A program made the translations under genes and the position numbers. A stretch of DNA of 64,000 bases from a virus: positions 12,961-76,960 of IMG/VR virus record IMGVR_UViG_3300049259_000288; one strand, written 5' to 3'. Below the pieces are notes generated by a model. It ran no database searches and was not told the DNA's origin. It saw only the letters and a list, made by a program, of their open reading frames with translations. Below are positions 14,351 to 23,969 of this stretch, one piece after another. Numbering within the stretch: position 1 is the first letter of the stretch; every line of letters begins with the position of its first letter.

Positions 14351-15079
14351 ATGGCGGTGTCGGTGCTCATCCCCTTCCGCCCCACCGATGTGCACCGCCA
14401 GCGCGCGCTCGACTGGGTGCTGGGGCAGTTCGAGCGCCAGTACCCCCGTTTCCAGGTGATCGTCCAGGAAAGCGAGCGAGGTCCATGGTCCAAGGGTGAG
14501 CTCGTCGAGCGGGCGCTGCGCCGCGCCACGGGCGATGTGATCGTGGTCGCCGACGGCGACGTCTGGACCGCCGGACTCGAGCGGGCAGTGCAGCTGGTGG
14601 CCGACGGGGACTTCCACTGGGCGCTCCCGCAGCTCTGGGTCTACCGGCTGACCGAGGCGGCCACCGCCCGGGTCTACGGCGGCGCCGGCCTGTCGATCAA
14701 CGCCGAGACCGTGCGAGTCCACAAGGCTGTGCGCGGCGGCGGCTGCGTCGTGCTGGACCGACCCACCATCGAGCGCATCCCGATGGATCCCCGCTTCGTG
14801 GGCTGGGGAGGAGAAGACATCGCCTGGGGCAAGGCGCTGTCGGTGCTCGCCGGCGACTGTTGGCGAGCTCGATCGCCGCTGTATCACCTCTGGCACCCGC
14901 CGGCGCTCCGGGAAGACGAGATCGCAGGCAGCGCCGAGAACGCTGCCCTCCTCAAGCGGTACACGATGGCCAAGGCGCGCTCGAGCTGGCCGGAGAAGAT
15001 GCAGGAGGTCATCGACGAGGTGCTGGCTGGCCATCCGCCGACTGAGCTTGTCCAGCGAGCATCATCGGAACGTCACTGA
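14351..15079 (+). CDS. glycosyltransferase (GT2 with GT7-like C-terminal motif)
   Basis: VSVLIPFR...VVADGD...FVGWGGED...YHLWH. Confidence 0.88.
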   Translation: MAVSVLIPFRPTDVHRQRALDWVLGQFERQYPRFQVIVQESERGPWSKGELVERALRRATGDVIVVADGDVWTAGLERAVQLVADGDFHWALPQLWVYRLTEAATARVYGGAGLSINAETVRVHKAVRGGGCVVLDRPTIERIPMDPRFVGWGGEDIAWGKALSVLAGDCWRARSPLYHLWHPPALREDEIAGSAENAALLKRYTMAKARSSWPEKMQEVIDEVLAGHPPTELVQRASSERH

Positions 15080-15092
15080 GGTCGCCGGAGCC

Positions 15093-15118
15093 TGAATCGA
15101 GCGCCTCCGAACGCCGAT
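15093..15118 (+). promoter_or_regulatory. sigma-28-type late promoter (portal operon)
   Basis: TGAA-N16-GCCGATGA; GTG at 15128. Confidence 0.75.
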
Positions 15119-15127
15119 GAGGTGCAT

Positions 15128-17053
15128 GTGAGCGTCGTCCATGTCGAGACCGACGAGTTCGGCGACATCGCAGCAGCGGATGCGACCGGTCTGCACCTGA
15201 GCCCGGGCGAGGTCCGTCAGGTGTGGTCGCAGATGATGGCGAACGACCCGCTGGTCGCCGCGCTGACCACCTGGACTCGCAAGGTCCAGCGGCCCCGGCG
15301 CCGGGGCGGCCTGCTCGATCGTGACCGCTACGCCACCCCCGGCACTACCTTCGACCAGATCCGCACGGCGCGCGACGCCATGGACGACGACGTCGTCGAG
15401 GGCATCGCCGACCTCACCGAGGCGCTCGCGTTCAAGAAGGTCGGCTTCTTCTCCCCCGACGAGGACGAGGAGAGCGCCTGGAACCAGTGGGCTGGCACGG
15501 TGAACCTCGACGGACTGCTGCGCCAGGCGTGGCGGACCTACTTCACCGACTCGCAGGCGGTCGTTGCGTTGTGGTGGGGCCGCACGCAGTACAAGGTCAC
15601 CGGCAAGACCCGCAAGGGCAACGAGCGCCGAAAGACCTTCGACCTCGCGGTGCCGACGGCGATCGACACCATCGACTCGCTCAAGGTCACGCCCGTCGGC
15701 GACATGCTCTTCGGCCGGGAGCGGCTGGCCTACATCGCCACCATCGGAGAGGCCGAGGCGTTCGACGAGATCCTCGGGCGTCGGAACTCGATCATGAAGC
15801 GCACGGGCCGGCTGCCCAGCGGGGCGCCGTTCCCGCGGATGCTTCCCGTGCGCTGGGACGACGAGGAGACCCTCGACAACGAGGTCGTCGATCGCCTGCT
15901 CGTGGGGCGCTACACGCCCGATGGTGACGAGGCGCGCCTGCTGATGAGCGAGGGGGTCGACCCCCAAAACCTCTTCCTGATGTCGAACGACTCGGTGTTC
16001 CGGCACACCGCGACCAAGGGCGGCCACGAGCGGTTCGCCCGGGTGCGGATGAAGTCCACCTTCGAGCTCCTCGACATGAAGCACCAGCTGCGCCAGAAGG
16101 ACCGGGTCTTCCTGCTCGCCGGCATCAACTTCATCCTGGTGATCAAGCAGGGCTCGGACACGCTGCCAGCGCTGCCCGAGGAGATCAGCCACCTGCGCGC
16201 CAACACCCAGGTGCTGGCGCAGATGCCGGTCATCGTCGGGCCCCACACCCTGACCGTCGACGTGGTGACGCCGGACCAGGAGTCGGTGCTGAACCGCGAC
16301 AAGTGGGATGTGCTTGATGAGCGCATCGCCGCGCGTCTGCTGCGGCAGTTCGGGCCACGCGGCGGCGGCGCCGGCGACCAGACCGCCGACCTCGCTCAGC
16401 TCGCCGGGCTGTGGCTCGAGTCCGAGCGCCACATGCTGAACCGGACGCTCGAGGCCAAGATCTTCGACCTCATCCGCAAGCGGAACGAGCAGCTGACCCA
16501 GCGCGCCAAGCTCCGGTACTACCCGAAGCGCATCGCACTGGCCTTCGACTCGGCCTACGCCTCGTTCCTGCTGGACATGCGCGACAAGAACGAGGTCAGC
16601 CGCGACACCGTGCACACCGAGTTCGGCCTCGACCAGGGCGACGAGGCGGCGATGCGCGAGCGCGAAGAGCGCGACTTCGACGAGATCTTCAAGACCCTGG
16701 CGACGCCCGGCGCCGGCATGGCGACCGGAACGCCGGGGGCTCCAGCCGGTCTCCCGGGCGGAAATCCCGGCGGCGGGGACGGCGGTGCCGGCGGCGGCCG
16801 CGCGGCGCAGAAGCAGGCGGGTCGCAATGGTGGTGGCACCAGCAACGGCGGCGGTGCGGCGCCGGGCAGCGGCCAGGGTCAGGCGCCGCGCCGGCTGCGC
16901 AAGCTGTCGGCGAGCTCGACGCGCACGGCGCTGCTCGCCGCGGCCAAGGAGCTCGAGATCCCCGGGCGCTCTGGCATGAACCGTGAGCAGCTGGCGACGG
17001 CGATCCACGCCGAGCTGGGAATCGACGGTCCCGAGGAGGACGACGATGAGTGA
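15128..17053 (+). CDS. portal protein with Gly-rich linker and C-terminal Rho-N-like HeH domain
   Basis: Size and position before protease/scaffold/capsid; C-terminal TRTALLAAAKELEIPGRSGMNREQLATAI. Confidence 0.75.
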   Translation: MSVVHVETDEFGDIAAADATGLHLSPGEVRQVWSQMMANDPLVAALTTWTRKVQRPRRRGGLLDRDRYATPGTTFDQIRTARDAMDDDVVEGIADLTEALAFKKVGFFSPDEDEESAWNQWAGTVNLDGLLRQAWRTYFTDSQAVVALWWGRTQYKVTGKTRKGNERRKTFDLAVPTAIDTIDSLKVTPVGDMLFGRERLAYIATIGEAEAFDEILGRRNSIMKRTGRLPSGAPFPRMLPVRWDDEETLDNEVVDRLLVGRYTPDGDEARLLMSEGVDPQNLFLMSNDSVFRHTATKGGHERFARVRMKSTFELLDMKHQLRQKDRVFLLAGINFILVIKQGSDTLPALPEEISHLRANTQVLAQMPVIVGPHTLTVDVVTPDQESVLNRDKWDVLDERIAARLLRQFGPRGGGAGDQTADLAQLAGLWLESERHMLNRTLEAKIFDLIRKRNEQLTQRAKLRYYPKRIALAFDSAYASFLLDMRDKNEVSRDTVHTEFGLDQGDEAAMREREERDFDEIFKTLATPGAGMATGTPGAPAGLPGGNPGGGDGGAGGGRAAQKQAGRNGGGTSNGGGAAPGSGQGQAPRRLRKLSASSTRTALLAAAKELEIPGRSGMNREQLATAIHAELGIDGPEEDDDE

Positions 17054-19040
17054 GCTCGAAGCGCCCCTGGTGGTGCAGGCGAACCGCGGGTTCCACGTGC
17101 TGTCGCTGGCCGAGGTCATCGACGACACGAAGGAGACGGCGGCGTCCTGGGCCGGCGAGCACATCCAGCTGCGCCCGGACTTCGGCTGGATCGTGGGCCG
17201 CTACGTCGAGGCGGACAAGCCCAACCGCAACGGCCACATCTTCCCGATGGAGGACCTGCGCGCCTCGCACCAGGGCGTGGTGCACACCTACCTGAACATG
17301 CTCCACCGCCAGCACCACGTCGTGGGCACCTTCACCGCGGCCAAGCTGCTCGAGGGCGTGGAGTCTGCGGTGCCGTTCGCGGCGTCGGAGCAGGCGGCGA
17401 TGCTCAACCCGCACGTCGAGGCCGTCTCGGCGTTCTGGCGCTACGCCTTCCCGGACGAGTACCGCGCCACCCAGGCCGCCTTCCGCGATCGCAGCGCGTG
17501 GCTGTCGATGGAGGCCGTGCCCCGGCGGATCACCTGCACCGCCGACAACCTCACCTTCGACTACAAGGGCCCGGCGCACGACAGCTACTGCGAGCACCTC
17601 CTCGCCTCGCCGCGTGCGCAGCGTCGGCTGAACCAGCCGCACTTCGTCGGCGGCGCCGTCATCATCCCGCCGACGCGCCCGGGTTGGGCCCACGCCGACA
17701 TCCGCGACGTCGCCGGCGTCATCGAGAAGCACCTGGATGAGGCGGAGATGGTCTATGAGACGGTGGCCGCCGCCGCGTCGCACCTCGATCCCAAGACCTG
17801 GGAAGCGGTGATGGCCAAGGTGCTCGCCCACGCGTTCCCCCGCGACGCCGTGGCCACGGCGCGCCAGTTCTCCACCGGTGAGCGCGAGAAGCTCGCGAAG
17901 AGCGGCGAGGCCATGTCCGACGGCTCCTTCCCGATCAAGAACGCCGAGGACCTCAAGAACGCGATCAGCGCCTACGGCCGCGCCAAGAACCGCGCAGCTG
18001 CCAAGCGCCACATCATGAAGCGCGCCCGCTCGCTGGGCCTCGAGAACCTGATCCCCGAGGAGTGGAAGGGCCGGGAGACAGCGGCGACGTCGATGCCGGC
18101 GAACGTCCGGGCAGCGTATGACGCCCACCTCGCCGAGGGCGGCTGGGAGCCCGACCCGCAGGTGAACTACCAGGCGCACCCCTACAAGGGCGGCGTGCTG
18201 CACATGGTCGCCGACGGCTGGGGCGAGTGGTTCTTCGCCGAGGTGCAGGGCCAGGTGGCCTTCGTGGCCCAGAAGATGGCTGACGTCCGCGCCTTCCACG
18301 TCGCCGAGGGCATCAACATCGGCAAGCCCCTCGTGAAGCAGATGGGCTGGGGCGACAAGGCGTGGATCGCCGAGCTCATCACCCAGCTCGAGAAGGCCCA
18401 GCCTGACGTGAAGCCCAAGCCAGCGGCTGCTGCGCTTGAGGACATCTCCGGGCTCATCCTCGAAGCGGCGGCCACCAAGAAGGGCGCCATCGTGGCTCTC
18501 GTGCCGCCGCCGGCGATCGCCGAGGACATGGCGAAGCTCGGCAAGGAGCTCCCCGAGGAGATGCACGTCACCCTCGTTTTCCTGGGCGAGATCGCTGATG
18601 GCGGCGGCACGGTGGCCCTCGACGACAAGGACCCGGCGTCGACCGGTCAGCCGGTGAGCAAGGAGCGCGTGCTCGGCGCCGTCGCTGCCTTCTGCGCCGG
18701 CGCGCCGGCGCTGCCCAAGGCCGCCGTGTCGGGACTCGGCGCCTTCGCGCTCGGCGACGACCGAGCCGTGATCTACGCCTCTCTCGACGTCCCCGGCCTG
18801 CCCGAGACCCGTGAGCGCCTGGTGGCGTCGCTCAAGGCCGCCGGCGTGCCGGTGAGCACGCTGCACGGGTTCAGCCCGCACATGAGCCTCGAGTACACGA
18901 CCGCGGCCGACGCCGCGCCGCGCGTCGACGCCTTCGACGGCGACCTGCCGGAGTGGGTCGTCGATCACCTCGAGGTGTGGTGGGACGGCGAGCACATCAG
19001 CTATGAGCTGGCCGGCGGCAAGGTGGCGTTGCCGGCGTGA
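17046..19040 (+). CDS. capsid maturation protease-like protein fused to a C-terminal 2H phosphoesterase
   Basis: N-terminal PNRNGH.F...NMLH...WLSME; middle AMSDGSFPIKN..DLKNAI module; C-terminal HVTL and PHMSL. Confidence 0.75.
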   Translation: MSELEAPLVVQANRGFHVLSLAEVIDDTKETAASWAGEHIQLRPDFGWIVGRYVEADKPNRNGHIFPMEDLRASHQGVVHTYLNMLHRQHHVVGTFTAAKLLEGVESAVPFAASEQAAMLNPHVEAVSAFWRYAFPDEYRATQAAFRDRSAWLSMEAVPRRITCTADNLTFDYKGPAHDSYCEHLLASPRAQRRLNQPHFVGGAVIIPPTRPGWAHADIRDVAGVIEKHLDEAEMVYETVAAAASHLDPKTWEAVMAKVLAHAFPRDAVATARQFSTGEREKLAKSGEAMSDGSFPIKNAEDLKNAISAYGRAKNRAAAKRHIMKRARSLGLENLIPEEWKGRETAATSMPANVRAAYDAHLAEGGWEPDPQVNYQAHPYKGGVLHMVADGWGEWFFAEVQGQVAFVAQKMADVRAFHVAEGINIGKPLVKQMGWGDKAWIAELITQLEKAQPDVKPKPAAAALEDISGLILEAAATKKGAIVALVPPPAIAEDMAKLGKELPEEMHVTLVFLGEIADGGGTVALDDKDPASTGQPVSKERVLGAVAAFCAGAPALPKAAVSGLGAFALGDDRAVIYASLDVPGLPETRERLVASLKAAGVPVSTLHGFSPHMSLEYTTAADAAPRVDAFDGDLPEWVVDHLEVWWDGEHISYELAGGKVALPA

Positions 19041-19165
19041 TCCGGTGCCTCTTGCAGGCCCTTGGGCGGGCGTGCGCTGCCTTCGCGCAGGCCGGTTCTG
19101 CTGGCCCGAATCGCTCGGAACGACGGGGTGAACGACCCGAGGAGAACCGGCTCCGACGCCGTTTC

Positions 19166-19191
19166 TGAATCTTCGGAGGGTCGCCGCCGAT
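19166..19191 (+). promoter_or_regulatory. sigma-28-type late promoter (scaffold/capsid)
   Basis: TGAA-N16-GCCGATCC; GTG at 19201. Confidence 0.75.
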
Positions 19192-19200
19192 CCATCGAAC

Positions 19201-19902
19201 GTGGAGGGCGCAGTGGTCACCGACGAGCTTCGTGCGATCCACGATCTGCTCGTCGAAGCCAAGGCGCCTGAGAGCGAGCACGGTCCTGCGAACTGCGGGG
19301 TGTGCGCCGAGCGTGCCGGTCTGACGCCGGTTCATCAGGAGGGACACGTGAGCACCTACACCAAGGAGCAGCTCGACGCAGCCGTCGCCGAGGCGACGGG
19401 TCCGCTGCAGGCGCAGCTGGCCGAGCTCGAGAAGGCACAGACCGCCGAGCAGATCGCGGCCCAGATCGCCGAGGCGGTCACGCCGCTGAACGACAAGATC
19501 GCTGAGCTCGAGGCTGCGAGCGACACGCTCACCGCCGAGCTCAACACGGTGAAGGCCGAGCGCGACGAGCTCGTGCAGGCCAACACCGACCGCGAGGCCG
19601 CAGCCGCCGCCGAGGCCGAGAAGGCCGCCCGGCGCGACGAGCGGGTCTCCAAGGTGCTCGAGGTGGCGTCGTTCACCGAGGAGCAGGTGGCCGAGCGCGC
19701 CGACCGGTGGGCCGACATGGACGACACGTCCTTCGACACGCTCATCGAGGATCTCAAGGCCCAGGCCACCCCGCCCGGGCCCGGCGAGGTCGTGCCGAGG
19801 CCGGTCCTCAAGGCCCACGAGTCCGCCAAGGCCACCGGTGGTCTGTCCAGCGCCATGACCACGGCGCTCGGCTTCCGCCGCCAGGGCATCAAGACCGTCT
19901 GA
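19201..19902 (+). CDS. scaffolding protein
   Basis: Ala/Glu-rich coiled coil before the capsid genes. Confidence 0.7.
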   Translation: MEGAVVTDELRAIHDLLVEAKAPESEHGPANCGVCAERAGLTPVHQEGHVSTYTKEQLDAAVAEATGPLQAQLAELEKAQTAEQIAAQIAEAVTPLNDKIAELEAASDTLTAELNTVKAERDELVQANTDREAAAAAEAEKAARRDERVSKVLEVASFTEEQVAERADRWADMDDTSFDTLIEDLKAQATPPGPGEVVPRPVLKAHESAKATGGLSSAMTTALGFRRQGIKTV

Positions 19903-19918
19903 GGTTCGAGGAGGACCG

Positions 19919-20491
19919 ATGAGCAACTACGGCCGCTACTTCGAGTTCCGCAACAGCCCCCGTCCGGAGAACCGGTACGGGCGTGCGCTGTCGCCGAACG
20001 CCGTCATCCCGATCGGTGCGCCGGTCGTGGCTGGCACTGCCGCCCCCAACGCCGACGGTCGCAGCGTGTACGCGCTCAAGACCGGCGGCCAGACGGGTCG
20101 GCCCCTGCCGGTCAAGAACGGGCTGGCGATCTTCGAGCACTCGTACAACGCGTACGCGGGCTTCGACACCGAGCTCACCGTGCCGTCGGACTTCTCCGAC
20201 ATCCCGGCGAACTCGCCGATCCAGGTGTGCCACGGCACGAACATCAAGGTGGTGTTCCGCAACATCACGGCGGACACGGTCTTCCTGGGCCAGCGGACCT
20301 ACGACGACGCCAGGGTGATGATCGCCCCCGGCAACCTCGGCACCCTCGGTGTCGGCGACTTCATCGTGCCCGGCACGGGCGACGGCACCTCGGGCTACTG
20401 GGCCGAGGGCGGCGACGCCGACACGGCCTGGTTCCAGATCACCTCGGTCGACACCGCTCGCGGTGAGGTCGAGGCCCAGATGTTGTTCTGA
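19919..20491 (+). CDS. capsid decoration/cement protein
   Basis: Beta-rich; between scaffold and major capsid; strong RBS. Confidence 0.55.
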   Translation: MSNYGRYFEFRNSPRPENRYGRALSPNAVIPIGAPVVAGTAAPNADGRSVYALKTGGQTGRPLPVKNGLAIFEHSYNAYAGFDTELTVPSDFSDIPANSPIQVCHGTNIKVVFRNITADTVFLGQRTYDDARVMIAPGNLGTLGVGDFIVPGTGDGTSGYWAEGGDADTAWFQITSVDTARGEVEAQMLF

Positions 20492-20511
20492 CGGTCTGAG
20501 GAGGACCTGAC

Positions 20512-21447
20512 ATGACCACGGTGACCAAGGTCGACCCCTGGACCAACAACGAGGAGCGAGCCAAGGCTCGCGCCATCGTCGAGGCCGCCAACCAGGAGGC
20601 GCGCGACCGGTGGGAAGATGACGACTTCCACCGGGAGTTCGCGGCGGTGATGACCACCAACATCTTCGAGGGCTTCCGGCACGAGAACGTGCTCTCGCTG
20701 ATGACCCAGGTGGAGACGGTCGGGCTCAACGACCGCATCACCATCCGCGAGGTGCGCGGCCTCCGGGTGTTCTGGGTCTCGCTGGGTGGCTACATCGAGC
20801 AGAGCACCCTGCGTGCTCGCGTGATGGAGCTCACCAAGGACCAGGTGGGCTTCCACCTGTCCGAGAACGAGGACAAGATGACGGCGAACTTCGTCGAGTC
20901 CTCGGGCGAGATCGAGGACCTGGCCATCCAGACGATGGATGCCGCCATGCAGGTCCGCCTGATCTCGATGTTCCAGGTGGCGATCCCCGACACCTCGCCG
21001 TACTACATCGAGGGCGCGGGGCTGTCGCTGGCGGCGCTCGACACCGCCCTCACCGAGGTCGAGGACGAGACCGAGCTCGACCTGCCGGCCATCATCGGTC
21101 GTGCGCCGATGGTCAACCAGATCTTCAACGATCTGCTGGCCAGCAACAACTTCACGCCGGAGACCAACGAGCAGCTGCTCCGCACCGGCGTCATCGGCAT
21201 CTACAAGGGTGCCCGCGTCATCCGGCTCCGCAACTTCAAGAACGACATCGGGACGCCCTACTTCCCGAACAACGAGCTCTACGTCGTCGGACGTGACGCC
21301 TCGAAGTTCGGCTTCTGGGGCGGCCTGACCACGAAGGAGTGGGTGGAGCAGGGCGGCTGGTACTGGCACCTCATGGGTCGCCGGCTGGCCGGTGGGGCGC
21401 TCTACCGCCCCGAGCGGGTGCGCCGCATCGTCGACACCTCGCTCTGA
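20512..21447 (+). CDS. major capsid protein
   Basis: 311 aa; GVIGIYKGARVI and ALYRPERVRRI pattern; strong codon bias; followed by a hairpin. Confidence 0.75.
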   Translation: MTTVTKVDPWTNNEERAKARAIVEAANQEARDRWEDDDFHREFAAVMTTNIFEGFRHENVLSLMTQVETVGLNDRITIREVRGLRVFWVSLGGYIEQSTLRARVMELTKDQVGFHLSENEDKMTANFVESSGEIEDLAIQTMDAAMQVRLISMFQVAIPDTSPYYIEGAGLSLAALDTALTEVEDETELDLPAIIGRAPMVNQIFNDLLASNNFTPETNEQLLRTGVIGIYKGARVIRLRNFKNDIGTPYFPNNELYVVGRDASKFGFWGGLTTKEWVEQGGWYWHLMGRRLAGGALYRPERVRRIVDTSL

Positions 21448-21464
21448 TCCGAGACGCGATGACC

Positions 21465-21488
21465 GCCGGCCCCTTCACCGGGGCCGGC
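21465..21488 (+). terminator. hairpin terminator after the capsid gene
   Basis: GCCGGCCCC-TTCACC-GGGGCCGGC. Confidence 0.6.
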
Positions 21489-21579
21489 TGTCGCGTCCGG
21501 GACCATCACGTGCATCTTGGCCATGCTGCGGTAGAACTCGTCGCTGCGCACGTGCTCAGCGTGCAGACGGAGGACACCT

Positions 21580-22164
21580 ATGGCGACAGAAGTCGACCCC
21601 GCAGACCCGTTCGCCGGTCTCGAGGCATGGCAGTACACGGCGCGCGGCAAGCTCTACCTGCGGAGGTACACCGGCAAGCACGGCGAGGTCTCCTACGAGC
21701 CCATCCAGGGCGGGCAGACCTTCCACCTGACGCCGGCGGAGCGCCACCTCAACAGCGACAAGGTGAAGGACCCGGCCCGGGACCCCTTCCGCAACGGCAC
21801 CTGCGTGCCGGTGCGCCTGACCGAGGAGACGCCGTCGCGCGACCGCGAGGCGATCGAGTCGAACCCGACGCTGCTGACCGACGATCAGATCATCGCTCTG
21901 TTCTCGAACCGCAAGGGCTCGGCCGAGACGCTCGTCGACACGCTGGCCAAGATCGACAACCCGGTGGTGCTCGAGCGCATCCTCAACCTGGCCAACGATG
22001 CCGACCTGCCGGGCAGCCGGATCTCGGCCATCAAGTCCAGGCTCGAGGACGTCAACCCCGGCGTCGCCGGCGAGCGCACGCTCATCGCGGCGGCGAACGA
22101 GGTGGACTCGGCCGACATCTACGGCGACACCATGACCGGGCCGAGGACGGTCACGGCCGACTGA
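21580..22164 (+). CDS. hypothetical virion-module protein
   Basis: GGAGG RBS; position. Confidence 0.7.
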   Translation: MATEVDPADPFAGLEAWQYTARGKLYLRRYTGKHGEVSYEPIQGGQTFHLTPAERHLNSDKVKDPARDPFRNGTCVPVRLTEETPSRDREAIESNPTLLTDDQIIALFSNRKGSAETLVDTLAKIDNPVVLERILNLANDADLPGSRISAIKSRLEDVNPGVAGERTLIAAANEVDSADIYGDTMTGPRTVTAD

Positions 22165-22204
22165 GCCTGCCGGTCGTCCCGGCTGGCGGGACGAGGAGGA
22201 TCCC

Positions 22205-22711
22205 GTGGGAGTAGCACTCGCCAACCTGGTGCCGACGCTGCGGCGGACGGTGAACCCACCCGGACAGGACTTCTATCCGGGGACCGGCCAGGCCGAGTGG
22301 CGGGGCCGTCTCGCTGACGCGTTCTGGAAGGCGCGGCTCAACGACTTCTTCTCGGGCTACGCCATCAACGAGGACGGCTCCGAGGTCGTGCCGATCGACT
22401 CCACCGCCGAGGACCTCGGTCGCGAGCAGCAGGAGCTGATCGTGCAGTTCGCCGCGCTCACCGCCATCCGCAACAAGATCCTGTCGCTGCCGACGACCTC
22501 GCGGGCCAAGGCGGGGCCGGTCGAGACCGAGACCCAGCGGTCCGCCGCGGTGCTCGTCCAGATGCTCAAGGACATCACCGCGGAGATGGCCGAGACCCGC
22601 CACATCGTGCTCGCCGGCAACGCGCCGCGCGCCGCCACGTTCTTCGACAGCATGGTGCTCGCCGCCAACCGGCTGGCTGCGAGCTACGACGTCTACGGGT
22701 TCGTGACCTGA
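22205..22711 (+). CDS. head-to-tail adaptor (putative)
   Basis: Position; AKAGPVETE motif. Confidence 0.55.
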   Translation: MGVALANLVPTLRRTVNPPGQDFYPGTGQAEWRGRLADAFWKARLNDFFSGYAINEDGSEVVPIDSTAEDLGREQQELIVQFAALTAIRNKILSLPTTSRAKAGPVETETQRSAAVLVQMLKDITAEMAETRHIVLAGNAPRAATFFDSMVLAANRLAASYDVYGFVT

Positions 22712-22712
22712 C

Positions 22713-23162
22713 GTGGCCGAGCCCGACCCGACCGGCAACTTCAACGCCGCGGAGACGCGCGCCCAGCTGCAGGCGGCGATGCAGCTGGGCCTGCCGAACG
22801 ACGAGGACCAGCGCCCGACGTTCTACTTCCCGACCGACGACTCCTTCGTCGAGGCGTCGATGTCGGGCGCGCCGTGGGACTGGGAGGCCACGCCCCTCGA
22901 GAACAACCCCGACCGCGAGCCCGTGCAGGTTCCGTGCGCCGTGGAGGTCAGCGGCATCGAGATCGACCTGAGCACGGTCGGGCAGTTCAATCCCCAGCGC
23001 GCGCGGCTCACGATCCTCGACGAGGACTTCGAGCTCGTGCGCGGCTTCCACGAGGTGACGATGAGCGGTGCCATCTACCGCTACTCGAAGCTCGTGCAGA
23101 TCATCGGGCTCTACGACATGGACACCTATATCGTGGAAGTCCTCGCCCGGGATCGCCCCTGA
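22713..23162 (+). CDS. head closure/stopper (putative)
   Basis: Position; beta-rich. Confidence 0.5.
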   Translation: MAEPDPTGNFNAAETRAQLQAAMQLGLPNDEDQRPTFYFPTDDSFVEASMSGAPWDWEATPLENNPDREPVQVPCAVEVSGIEIDLSTVGQFNPQRARLTILDEDFELVRGFHEVTMSGAIYRYSKLVQIIGLYDMDTYIVEVLARDRP

Positions 23163-23683
23163 TGACCGTCGACTTCACCACCGGCGGCAAGCGCGACCGG
23201 CTGATCCGCGACGCCGTGGCCGGCGTGGTCAAGGACGGCATCGACTCCCTCGGCTGGCTCAGCGGGACGCGCAAGCACCTGCCGATCAACTGGCGCGATG
23301 AGGCGATCACCGAGACCGACACCGTGGTGCCGCTGAACACCATCACGCTGGTGTCCGACAGCGAGCGGGACGAGGAGCGCGAGCTCGGCACCAACGCCAC
23401 CGAGGACCGCTGGTCGTTCTGGGTCGACTTCTACGCCGAGAACGAGGACATCGGCCGCGAGATGATCGGTGACGTCCGGGACATCCTGCGCGGCAAGTAC
23501 CCGTCGATCGGGCGGACGGCGCCGGTGGTGCTGGTCTATGACCCGCTCTCGGACCCGCCCGAGCTGCTCTTCGGGCTCGAGATCGAGAACGTCGAACCCG
23601 ACCGGCCGCCCCGGCAGACCCAGCGCCCATTCGAGCAGTTCTGGTTCACCTGCTCCTTCGATGTGGTCGACGAGCGTGACTGA
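23162..23683 (+). CDS. tail terminator (putative)
   Basis: ELG...FWVDFYAE...DVRDIL pattern. Confidence 0.55.
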   Translation: MTVDFTTGGKRDRLIRDAVAGVVKDGIDSLGWLSGTRKHLPINWRDEAITETDTVVPLNTITLVSDSERDEERELGTNATEDRWSFWVDFYAENEDIGREMIGDVRDILRGKYPSIGRTAPVVLVYDPLSDPPELLFGLEIENVEPDRPPRQTQRPFEQFWFTCSFDVVDERD

Positions 23684-23969
23684 CGAGCTCGCCAGCCTGG
23701 TCGAAGACCGGTCGCGCGCCGCGGTCAAGCGGATCCTGTCGCTCAAGGAGCGCATTGCGGATCCCCACCTGGAAAAGCGGGACCAGGAGAGGCTTCGTGC
23801 GGTCGTCGTCGACGAGATCGGCGAGCTCACGCGCCTGTCCTCCACGCTGCTGCGTTCGCTGAGCGGCCAGCTCGTGGACGGGTACGCCATGAACCAGATG
23901 TGGCTCGAGCAGATCGCCCAGAGCCTGGGCGTCGAGCTCGAGGAGGTGGAGGGTGCCCGCACCGTATAG
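23676..23969 (+). CDS. hypothetical protein
   Basis: Overlap-coupled ORF. Confidence 0.55.
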   Translation: MTDELASLVEDRSRAAVKRILSLKERIADPHLEKRDQERLRAVVVDEIGELTRLSSTLLRSLSGQLVDGYAMNQMWLEQIAQSLGVELEEVEGARTV

